NCBI GenBank assembly: GCA_937892925.1
Contig: CALBHX010000032.1
Location: 1,695 to 65,694 of the forward strand
Direction of reading: 5' to 3'
Origin: an uncultured Lentisphaeraceae bacterium
GTDB lineage: Bacteria; Verrucomicrobiota; Kiritimatiellia; RFP12; DVOR01
DNA: 64,000 nt
This document shows positions 19,809-28,445 of this stretch, one piece after another. Positions within the stretch are counted from its first letter, which is position 1, and each line of letters begins with the position of its first letter. Below the pieces are notes generated by a model. That model made no database searches, was not told the origin of the DNA, and was given only the letters and a program-made list of their open reading frames with translations. A program made the translations under genes and the position numbers.

Positions 19809-20611
19809 TAATGTCTCCTAAGATACCGCATTATCTCTGGGAAAATCAAGTATAAAACAAAACCTATCCTACTCACCTTACATTTCTTTTCATTGTCTTC
19901 AAACAATAAGCCTTATTCGCTTAGGATAACTCGATACCTTTAATTAACTCCATTCCTGACTGTATTGTTGTCATACAGCAACCGGTCATTTTACCGATAC
20001 CGAATACCGCCGTGAAGCTGCCCAAATCCGTCTGAGATCTCCCAGCATTCTCCCCACATGCGCGTGCGGGTTCTTCGAATCGGCCGAGTCATAAAAGACT
20101 TCAATAAAAATGTAGCCACCAACACCAGTCCACCGCGCCACCTATCCATAGACCAAACAAATGAACAATTAAACGACAATTATTCCACGCCACCGCCTTC
20201 TTCCATCAAAAACATATTCCCTACTCCATTCTGCTCATATCTCTGCCAGGGCGTTGCGTTTTCGATCTACTTTGGAAGAATGCTCACCTCCCGGTATTTT
20301 CCTTCCTTTTACCCAATCCCTCATACGGCGAAAAGATTCCCATTCCGCACCAAGATGGGCTATTCTCAAAACCGGGGCGGATTCGCCCCCGATCTGGGGC
20401 GGGTTCATTCTCGATTCGCCCCGACCTTGAAATGCTCCGATACAGCCTTTTTAAGCGTAGTCTCCCTACATACCTATTCTTAGCTGAACGAAAAAACAGG
20501 CTTCCATGATACTTTCATCCTGAAGGTCTCAGCTTCACCCCATGTTTGTGTTATACTTAAGCTATCTGGTGTTGCGAAACACGAATCAACAGGAAAAGGC
20601 AAAGAACGAAA

Positions 20612-22546
20612 ATGGCAAAAGGCGTCTCAGATGCATTGAATGGGTGGAATGCCGTCAAAAGTGCGGAACTTTATGGTGTAGACGCCTGGGGGCACGGTTA
20701 TTTCGGCGTCTCTGCCGATGGGTACGCCACAGTACGCCTGCAGCAAGCCGGTAAACCCGTGGATGTACCCTTTGAGAAAATTGTCAAAGCGCTGGAAGAT
20801 CGTGGCATGAGTTTGCCAGTGTTGCTACGGTTCAGCGACATTCTGGCTTCGCGCATCCGCGTGATCAACGAATCCTTCGCCAAGGCCATTGCAGATTACG
20901 ACTATAAAGGCGTCTATCGTGGGGTTTACCCGATCAAGGTCAATCAGCAACAACAGGCAGTGCAGGATGTTGTCACCTTTGGGCGTGCCTATCACCACGG
21001 TCTGGAAGCAGGCTCCAAGGCCGAATTGATCGCCGCACTGGCCTATATGCACGACCCGGAAGCTTACATCGTCTGCAATGGATACAAAGACGAAGAGTTT
21101 GTACAATTGGCACTTTCATCACTGAAAATGGGGTTGCAGACCATTCTGGTTCTGGAGTCATTAGAGGAACTGGATATTGTTTTGTCCGTAGCCGAAGAGC
21201 TTCACGTTAAACCACGGATCGGCGTACGGGTCAAACTGAGCAGCAAAGTGGGTGGGAAATGGAGTGAAAGCGGCGGAGACCGATCCGTTTTTGGCTTGAC
21301 AGCAAGCCAGCTAATTCTGGCGGTTGACCGATTGAAACAGGCGGGGCGGCTAGATTGTCTGGAAATGCTTCACTACCACCTGGGATCCCAAGTTCCAAAT
21401 ATTCGAGAAATCCGCGACACGATCAAGGAAGCCTCACGCTTTTATGTCGGGCTTGTAAAAGAAGGCGCTCCCATGGGTATCTTCGATATCGGAGGCGGAT
21501 TGGCCATTGATTATGACGGCAGCCATACCAACTTCGAGAGCTCCGCGAACTATGATATTTCCGAGTATTGTGCAGACGTGGTGGAAGGTATTATGCTTGC
21601 CTGCGACCATGAACACGTGGCTCACCCCACAATCATCAGTGAGTCTGGGCGAGCATTGATTGGTTATTATTCCGTCTTGCTAATGGATGTCCTGGGCACG
21701 GCAACGTTTGAAGTGGCCGAGGGCGATACCGACCCTGTACTTCAGGAAGCACACGTACCAGAATGCATTGCCAACCTAATCGATGTAGCCAAGCATTTGC
21801 GCACCAAGAATCTGCCAGAATACTTCAACGACGCACTCTACTACCGCGAGGAAGTACAGAAAGCCTTCAAACAAGGGCTCATCTCTCTGCGCCAGCATGC
21901 AGCGGCAGACCGACTGTTCTGGGCGATTCTTACACGTATCCGCGCAGAAGTTCCAAAACTGAAATATGTACCGGAAGACCTTTCCGGGCTGGATGAGGCC
22001 ATGGCCGACATCTATTACTGTAACTTCTCTGTTTTTCAGTCCTTACCGGACGCTTGGGCTATCGATCAACTCTTCCCCATCATGCCCATTCACCGACTAT
22101 GTGAAAAGCCCACGCGCAGTGCGCATTTGTCAGATATTACCTGCGACTGTGATGGCCAGATCGACAAGTTCATTGACTTGCACGATGTCAAGCATGCGCT
22201 CCCGCTTCATGAAGTCCATGACGGAGATACTTATATCCTGGGAGCCTTTTTGGTGGGAGCCTATCAGGAGACGTTAGGGGATCTGCACAACCTTTTCGGG
22301 GACACCAATATCGTTTCCGTCCGACTGGATGAAGACGGCGATATCGACTTTGCTGACGAAGTGGAGGGCGACACCGTAGAAGAAGTACTCTCCTACGTGG
22401 AATATAATACTGCCGACTTGGTGTCACGTTTCCGCCGTCTGACAGATGCGGCCATGAAAGCCAAGCGAATCTCCGCCGTTGAACGCCGGCGTATTTTGGC
22501 CGCTTATGCCAACGGCCTGCGTGGTTATACCTATTTTGAGATTTAA
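20612..22546 (+). CDS. speA: Biosynthetic arginine decarboxylase
   Basis: Full-length ~640 aa match to SpeA-type PLP fold (MAKGVSDALNGWNAVKSAELYGVDAWGHGYF..., ...GGGLAIDYDGS..., C-terminal SpeA-specific extension). A plausible RBS is present. Confidence 0.85.
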   Translation: MAKGVSDALNGWNAVKSAELYGVDAWGHGYFGVSADGYATVRLQQAGKPVDVPFEKIVKALEDRGMSLPVLLRFSDILASRIRVINESFAKAIADYDYKGVYRGVYPIKVNQQQQAVQDVVTFGRAYHHGLEAGSKAELIAALAYMHDPEAYIVCNGYKDEEFVQLALSSLKMGLQTILVLESLEELDIVLSVAEELHVKPRIGVRVKLSSKVGGKWSESGGDRSVFGLTASQLILAVDRLKQAGRLDCLEMLHYHLGSQVPNIREIRDTIKEASRFYVGLVKEGAPMGIFDIGGGLAIDYDGSHTNFESSANYDISEYCADVVEGIMLACDHEHVAHPTIISESGRALIGYYSVLLMDVLGTATFEVAEGDTDPVLQEAHVPECIANLIDVAKHLRTKNLPEYFNDALYYREEVQKAFKQGLISLRQHAAADRLFWAILTRIRAEVPKLKYVPEDLSGLDEAMADIYYCNFSVFQSLPDAWAIDQLFPIMPIHRLCEKPTRSAHLSDITCDCDGQIDKFIDLHDVKHALPLHEVHDGDTYILGAFLVGAYQETLGDLHNLFGDTNIVSVRLDEDGDIDFADEVEGDTVEEVLSYVEYNTADLVSRFRRLTDAAMKAKRISAVERRRILAAYANGLRGYTYFEI

Positions 22547-22550
22547 CCCT

Positions 22551-23687
22551 ATGCCTCCACCCATGCCAGGAAAAAGCCCTGCCCCATTGCAACAGGTGCT
22601 CGTTCAGAAGCATTCTGCCTCATCCGGAGAGCGGCTTTATGCGTTGGACATGCTCCGCGGCCTAGACATGTTTGTTTTAACCGTTGCGGCACCCTTTCTG
22701 TTAGCCATACAACAGGCCTGGGGAATCTTCCCGAATGGGTTTATTCGGCAGTTAAATCACGCTCCATGGGAAGGGCTGCGAGCTTGGGATCTGGTCATGC
22801 CGTGGTTCATCTTCATATGCGGCGCAGCCATTCCGTTTGCCTTGCCAAAACATCTAAGTGATGGACATGCCGGTTGGCGTTTTTGGCGCCATGTGCTTGG
22901 ACGTGTCTCGCTTCTTTGGGTGCTCGGTATGGCGGTACAGGGAAACCTGTTGACACTGAATTGGTCAATCATTAGTCCGTATAACAACACGCTGCAGGCT
23001 ATCGCAGCCGGGTATCTCATTGCGGCCTGCGTTTGGCTTATTCCCAAGAAATGGATCCGCCAAACCATTCCATGGGGGTTAGCAGTTCTCTATACGCTCC
23101 TACTCATGTTATACGGAGACTATTCGCTAAACGGAAATGCGGCTATTCGTGTAGATTCTCTCGTTCTGCCCATGAATCATGATGGATATGGATGGAGTTT
23201 AACCTCCATGATGTTTGGTGTTATGACGCTCTGCGGCGTGCAGTGTACTGAATGGCTTCGCAGTCACCATACCTCTTGGCGAAAGATGTTTCGACTTCTC
23301 TGGTGTGGTGCCGGATTGTTTTTAGGAGGTATTCTTTTCTCTGGTTGGATTCCCGCGATCAAACGAATCTATACCATTACATTCACCGCGCAGGCAATGG
23401 GGTTGGCGTTGTTCGTTCTTGCTGGTATGTTTTTCCTCTTTGACATCGTAAAAGTGCGCAAAGGAACAGGACTCCTGTTACTCTTTGGCCGCGCAGCGCT
23501 TGTAGCCTACGTTGCCGCAACGCTCTTTGCGCCTACACTCCAGACGACTGTACGAATTCTGACACAAGGTCTTCAACCTTGGACGAGCGGCTCCACTCCG
23601 GTAATTCAATCTTTCCTCAGCGCATGCCTTCTTACAGGCATTTTGTGGGTTCATACACAACTGAAAGCGCGACGGCCGCATGCTTGA
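22551..23687 (+). CDS. Multi-TM membrane protein, HGSNAT/DUF1624 (acyltransferase_3-like) family
   Basis: ~11 TM helices and an N-terminal motif ...LYALDMLRGLDMFVLT... typical of heparan-alpha-glucosaminide N-acetyltransferase-like bacterial proteins. Starts 5 nt after the speA stop. Confidence 0.45.
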   Translation: MPPPMPGKSPAPLQQVLVQKHSASSGERLYALDMLRGLDMFVLTVAAPFLLAIQQAWGIFPNGFIRQLNHAPWEGLRAWDLVMPWFIFICGAAIPFALPKHLSDGHAGWRFWRHVLGRVSLLWVLGMAVQGNLLTLNWSIISPYNNTLQAIAAGYLIAACVWLIPKKWIRQTIPWGLAVLYTLLLMLYGDYSLNGNAAIRVDSLVLPMNHDGYGWSLTSMMFGVMTLCGVQCTEWLRSHHTSWRKMFRLLWCGAGLFLGGILFSGWIPAIKRIYTITFTAQAMGLALFVLAGMFFLFDIVKVRKGTGLLLLFGRAALVAYVAATLFAPTLQTTVRILTQGLQPWTSGSTPVIQSFLSACLLTGILWVHTQLKARRPHA

Positions 23688-23841
23688 CCGATTCGATTGA
23701 TACCGTCTTCCCTGCATTTTACCTCCCATCAAACGCTCCAGGAGCCATTCACCATGCCTCACCAGGCAGCACATAAACGTATGGCCACTTTTTGATATCA
23801 TGTACCACGGTTGGTCGTTACGCTCCTAAAGGAATTGTTTT

Positions 23842-24918
23842 ATGGCAGAGAAAAAGACTCCGACTTCATCCGCTTCCACCGACAAGCTGAATGCTGTTTT
23901 AAACCAAATTCGAAAGGAATTCGGCGCGTCTTCTATTATGAAGATGGGAGACGTAGAAGTGCAGAATGTCCCGGTTATTTCCACCGGGGCATTTTCCTTG
24001 GATTTGGCTCTCGGCGTAGGAGGCGTCCCGCGTGGACGCATTATTGAAATTTTTGGCAATGAATCCTCAGGCAAAACCACACTCTCTCTGCATATTGCGG
24101 CAAATGCCCAAAAACAAGGTGGAATCGTGGCATTTATTGATGCTGAGCACGCATTGGATATTGGTTATGCCAAGCGCATTGGCGTAGATGTCGATAATCT
24201 GTTGCTTTCGCAGCCGAACTCCGGAGAGGAAGCGCTGCAAATCACTGAACAACTGGTTCGCTCCGGAGCAGTCGATGTAGTTATTGTAGATTCCGTAGCG
24301 GCACTCGTTCCTCAAAGCGAATTGGACGGAGATATTGGAGACTCCCACATGGGAGCGCAGGCGCGGCTCATGTCGCAAGCAATGCGAAAATTGACCGGGT
24401 TGCTCTCAACCACGCAAACACTTTGTATTTTTACAAACCAAATCCGAATGAAAATCGGTGTCATGTTTGGCAGTCCGGAAACCACCACCGGGGGAAATGC
24501 ACTCAAGTTCTATGCCTCGGTACGCATGAAAATTGCACGTATCGCCACCATTAAGGACAATACAGGGAAGGCGCTTGGCAACCGGACACGTGTGAATGTT
24601 GTCAAAAATAAGGTGGCTCCCCCCTTCACCGAGGCAGAGTTTGACATCCTTTATTCCCGTGGTATTTCCTGGGAAGGTTCCGTTTTGGATGCGGCCATTG
24701 CAGCTGGCGTTGTCCTGAAACGTGGGAGTTGGTTAAGCTTTGACAACGAACAAATTGGACAAGGTACTGCCGCCGCAACAGAATATTTGAGGAACAATCC
24801 AGATGTGCTGGAGCAAATCCGCGCTAAGGTGCTGGAACATCGTGAAGCCTTTGCTCCTGGAAACACCAATCGGACTACCCCTGAAGTCTCCACACCAGAC
24901 GAGCCCGCATCAAAATAA
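23842..24918 (+). CDS. recA: Recombinase RecA
   Basis: Walker [15 protein letters not shown]1/L2 loops, and 358 aa overall colinearity with RecA. Confidence 0.95.
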   Translation: MAEKKTPTSSASTDKLNAVLNQIRKEFGASSIMKMGDVEVQNVPVISTGAFSLDLALGVGGVPRGRIIEIFGNESSGKTTLSLHIAANAQKQGGIVAFIDAEHALDIGYAKRIGVDVDNLLLSQPNSGEEALQITEQLVRSGAVDVVIVDSVAALVPQSELDGDIGDSHMGAQARLMSQAMRKLTGLLSTTQTLCIFTNQIRMKIGVMFGSPETTTGGNALKFYASVRMKIARIATIKDNTGKALGNRTRVNVVKNKVAPPFTEAEFDILYSRGISWEGSVLDAAIAAGVVLKRGSWLSFDNEQIGQGTAAATEYLRNNPDVLEQIRAKVLEHREAFAPGNTNRTTPEVSTPDEPASK

Positions 24919-24951
24919 ACAAGTACCCTCTCCTCCCCCGCTTCATATCTG

Positions 24952-24990
24952 CCCCCACACGGCCAAAAGCCGTTGGGGGTGTATTCTTTC
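24952..24990 (+). terminator. Rho-independent terminator of recA
   Basis: GC-rich ~11-bp interrupted stem (cccccacacggc / gccgttggggg) with loop caaaa, followed by TGTATTCTTTC. Lies 34 nt after the recA stop. Confidence 0.45.
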
Positions 24991-25020
24991 GGTTCAGCTG
25001 ATAACCTTCCCTACACTCGC

Positions 25021-26013
25021 CTATATTTCCATTGCGCCAACCGTCACGGAAACGAGTTGCGATACGTTGTTCGCCGAGTCTTTCAGCGATACACTCCAAG
25101 CGAAAGCATCAAGAATCCCCTTGGCGATAGCTCGCGCCAACTGCTGCTGTTTGATAGGGCTTGTCAAGACTGTATAGTCTTCCGGATTGGTAATAAAACC
25201 GGTTTCGACTAGAATCGCCGGGGCTGGCGTGTCTCGTAATACCTTGAAATGAGCATGACGCACACCGCGATCCGCAGGAGCTCCGGGAAAAGCCGTCAGT
25301 GCTTTCTGAACAGCCAGAGCAAGCCGTGTGGCCATAACTAGGTAGGATTGACCCACCATGGGTGCCCGAGCAGAAGAACCTATGGCTGTCCCATCACAGC
25401 CAGGCGCCGGAAGCGTATATACCTCCACACCCTTTGCCAACGAATTTCCCGCAGAGTTAACATGCACACTGACGAAGGCATCGATAGGCTGTCGAGCAGC
25501 CATGGCTGTACGCTCATCAAGCGAATGCGGCGTACTGTCATCCGCTCGCGTCAAAAGTACATAATGCCCTTTGGCCTCTAGCAGCCGTTTAACTTCAAGC
25601 ACAATGGCCAGCGTGATTTGCTTCTCGTATGTTGAACCTTTACGGCATCCTGTATCCGTTGCTCCATGCCCGGCATCCAATAAGATCGTCAGAATGTTAG
25701 ATGATGCATCAACGGGGGGCGCTTTCAGAGCATGATATAATAACTCCACATCCTGTTCGGATAGAGAATGTGTTCCTGCCGGGCGGTGAAGGAAGTATTG
25801 CACACCATCTACCCACGCTTGACGCGTACCGCATTGAAACACGAATTGATGATCCTGGCCAACAATGGTTATACGGCGGCCATCCACCAGAAGTTCAGCC
25901 TCCGGCATTCCAAGTTTCCGTGGCACATCATGGTAGACCTGTGGACTACAGCCAACGAATAACCACATCATGATCATTCCACAGGCGATCCATACTTTAG
26001 ACATTAGCCACAT
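25021..26013 (-). CDS. N-acetylmuramoyl-L-alanine amidase (Amidase_3 family) lipoprotein
   Basis: Lipoprotein-type signal (…LFVGCSPQ). Amidase_3 motifs ILLDAGHGATDTGC and ...FVSVHVNSAGN.... Lies 7 bp downstream of ruvC. Confidence 0.7.
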   Translation of the reverse strand: MWLMSKVWIACGMIMMWLFVGCSPQVYHDVPRKLGMPEAELLVDGRRITIVGQDHQFVFQCGTRQAWVDGVQYFLHRPAGTHSLSEQDVELLYHALKAPPVDASSNILTILLDAGHGATDTGCRKGSTYEKQITLAIVLEVKRLLEAKGHYVLLTRADDSTPHSLDERTAMAARQPIDAFVSVHVNSAGNSLAKGVEVYTLPAPGCDGTAIGSSARAPMVGQSYLVMATRLALAVQKALTAFPGAPADRGVRHAHFKVLRDTPAPAILVETGFITNPEDYTVLTSPIKQQQLARAIAKGILDAFAWSVSLKDSANNVSQLVSVTVGAMEI

Positions 26014-26020
26014 ATCTTCC

Positions 26021-26530
26021 TCATAGCGTTTTCTGAGAACCAGGAAAGCTCCTCACACTCCGATTAAGATGCGCAATGGCAATGGCTAACGCATCTGCAG
26101 CATCATTCTGAATGGGAGGAGGCAAAGCAAGAATCCGCCCAACCATTGCCTGAACCTGTGCCTTCTCAGCAGAACCCACACCTGTTACGGCTCGTTTTAC
26201 TTCGGCTGGCGAGTACTCACAGATCGGAATTGATCGCTTCGCACAGTTAAGCACCACCACTCCGCGTGCATGACACAGAATCATTGCTGTCCGTGCGTTT
26301 TTTGCATAAAACACCCCTTCCATTGCAGCTTCTGTAGGGTGATATAAATCCAATACACGTGCGACTTCTGCATCCAGCAAGGCCAACGCTTCTGAAAGTG
26401 GACGGGTTTGGGGGATCCGAACCGGCGCATAATAAAGCGCTCGCCGACTGTTTCCCTCCATCTGAACAATCCCAAGGCCTGTCGAGCGTAACGAGGTATC
26501 AAACCCAATCGCAATCCGGCGAAAAACCAT
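26021..26530 (-). CDS. ruvC: Holliday-junction resolvase RuvC
   Basis: IAIGFDTSLRSTGLGIV start with catalytic D, and ...DAADALAIAIAHL near the C-terminus. ATG 26530 lies 1 nt after the upstream nuclease stop. No ruvAB is adjacent. Confidence 0.8.
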   Translation of the reverse strand: MVFRRIAIGFDTSLRSTGLGIVQMEGNSRRALYYAPVRIPQTRPLSEALALLDAEVARVLDLYHPTEAAMEGVFYAKNARTAMILCHARGVVVLNCAKRSIPICEYSPAEVKRAVTGVGSAEKAQVQAMVGRILALPPPIQNDAADALAIAIAHLNRSVRSFPGSQKTL

Positions 26531-26531
26531 A

Positions 26532-27524
26532 TCAAAACACCTCCCACCGGGGCCAAAACCGATTGGCTTCCGGAATCTCAACCGCGTCCTGAAGCGTTGG
26601 TGAAAGATTTGGAAAAAAGTTAAGCCCAGTTGCTTCTTCCAACGCCCTTACAGAACAAAAACAGTAACGTGGGCGTTTGGAGGAAGCGGTCTCCTGCGGC
26701 ATATATATGCCAAACACACGTAACTGTCGATCATGTACTGCTGCGACAATCATCGCAAAACCCTTCGGAATACGTACCCGCCCTTTTTTCAACCATGCGC
26801 CGGAGGCATCAGGAACGGTACAGACTAGCACATATACTGTGTCGCCTATGGACGACAAATCATCCGCAAGTTTTTGCTCCAATATGCGCCAAGGCCCCCG
26901 ATTCAGGTCTGGCCGTTGTGGCGCAATATTTGTCATCAAAAAAGTTTCTCTCTGTGCGATACGCCCATACCCTGTGGCAATTGCATAGTTGGGAGCCATG
27001 TGCCCTCGATCATAACCACTGCCGGTATAAACATCCGGTGTTGGCGAATCAAATACCTGCTTATCCTGTAAAAATGCCGGGCGCTCCGGGGGCCATTTCA
27101 TTACCCGTTTAACTGGGATGGCATATGCCGACCAAACCGGATATCCTAGCGTTGGCGAAAAACCGACCCAATACCCTTTTCGCTTCAATACCTGAATATC
27201 TTTTGGAACCTTTTGCGTATTTACAATCTGTGGAAGACCAAATGGCAGCGGGCCTTTTGATAAGGGAGCTAAATACTCCACCGCCACATCTCGTCCTGTC
27301 AACCCAATCGCATCTGTGGCGTCCGCCGTAACTGCACCAAGCGCTTCCAATGTAGGCTCGAATGAACCAAACGAAGCTCGCCGCGCTGTTGGCAAATGTG
27401 CAAACCAATTGCCTACACCGAGCAATGCCAAAACCAACAAACCACCGATCCAATACGTTGAGTAGTTTGAAAAACGAGCACCTAGATTTGCCCGTTTCAA
27501 CCTTCGCTTACGCGCCATACTCAA
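26532..27524 (-). CDS. Membrane-anchored/secreted non-specific DNA/RNA endonuclease (Serratia NucA / Endonuclease_NS family, DRGH motif)
   Basis: N-terminal basic region plus TM (YWIGGLLVLALLGV) and the hallmark GYDRGHMAPN active-site motif. Confidence 0.75.
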   Translation of the reverse strand: MSMARKRRLKRANLGARFSNYSTYWIGGLLVLALLGVGNWFAHLPTARRASFGSFEPTLEALGAVTADATDAIGLTGRDVAVEYLAPLSKGPLPFGLPQIVNTQKVPKDIQVLKRKGYWVGFSPTLGYPVWSAYAIPVKRVMKWPPERPAFLQDKQVFDSPTPDVYTGSGYDRGHMAPNYAIATGYGRIAQRETFLMTNIAPQRPDLNRGPWRILEQKLADDLSSIGDTVYVLVCTVPDASGAWLKKGRVRIPKGFAMIVAAVHDRQLRVFGIYMPQETASSKRPRYCFCSVRALEEATGLNFFPNLSPTLQDAVEIPEANRFWPRWEVF

Positions 27525-28293
27525 GCCTCCGCTTCATTTTCTCTAATACCCCACTACAACACTGACATATCACGTCGGTCGATCCAGGCAAAAGAGTACA
27601 TAAATAATCCCTACGCGTCTCCACCACTTTCCGCGCCAACGCCATACGAAGACTCTCCGCAAAAACCAGGCCTCCACTGCACCAAGCCAACTGGATAAAG
27701 ACAAAGTCCGCCAACGAGCAAACATCGGCATAATCCACGCTCTTCCCTTCTCGTACAGCCGCAACCACAGCCTCTGATGGAGACCGTGCAATGGGCAGCC
27801 CCCAGTATATTTCCGGATGCGCTGTCAAATACCCCGATTCTATCGCCTGATCCAGCACCCTGAAAATATCCAATTTGTCCGCGTCACGAACCAGTGCAGA
27901 CAAACGGTATTCATCTTCTGATAACCGCTCTGGAAGATCCCGCAGATTATGAAACGCTATCGCATGAAGAACCAGATTCCGTTCTGTTGCAGAAACCGAA
28001 TCTAACCACCCCAATCGCAAAACCTCCGAACACCCCAACAATGCATGATCCACACTCTGCCGATCACTGAACGTTCGATAACGTTGAAACTGCTGAAACC
28101 GCCCCACATCATGTAACCACGCTGTACATACCCCAAGGCTATACAACCCCGCAGAAAAGCCCTCGTGCTCCATAATCCGGATAGCATTTTCTACCACCCG
28201 CCGCGTATGCATAATCTTCAGCTCAATCATATCCTCGCGGGGAAATGACTGACAAAAATCCAAAAATAAGGCCGATATTTTCACCTCGTCCAT
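27508..28293 (-). CDS. HD-domain metal-dependent phosphohydrolase
   Basis: H...HDVGR motif (TAWLHDVGRF) and downstream D residues (RDADKLD) in an all-helical ~260 aa protein. Overlaps the nuclease gene start by 17 bp. Confidence 0.55.
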   Translation of the reverse strand: MDEVKISALFLDFCQSFPREDMIELKIMHTRRVVENAIRIMEHEGFSAGLYSLGVCTAWLHDVGRFQQFQRYRTFSDRQSVDHALLGCSEVLRLGWLDSVSATERNLVLHAIAFHNLRDLPERLSEDEYRLSALVRDADKLDIFRVLDQAIESGYLTAHPEIYWGLPIARSPSEAVVAAVREGKSVDYADVCSLADFVFIQLAWCSGGLVFAESLRMALARKVVETRRDYLCTLLPGSTDVICQCCSGVLEKMKRRLEYGA

Positions 28294-28445
28294 ACGTGTT
28301 ATCGTAACAAAAGTTATACATACTCTACCATTACTAGAATAAGAAAGCCCCCTAGTTCTCTCGTGTTGAGAAGGGGAAAGATTCCTATTCTGTCAAAATG
28401 TGATATACTTTTGCCCGTTTTCTTTCTTTTTTAAGGAGGCTTCCC

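Noticed and set aside
20058-20483. 141-aa plus-strand ORF in the speA upstream gap
   Set aside because: Its translation is low-complexity (Pro/Ser/Asn-rich) and no RBS is apparent. It is simply the reading of the GC hairpin repeats and is better explained as leader or regulatory RNA.
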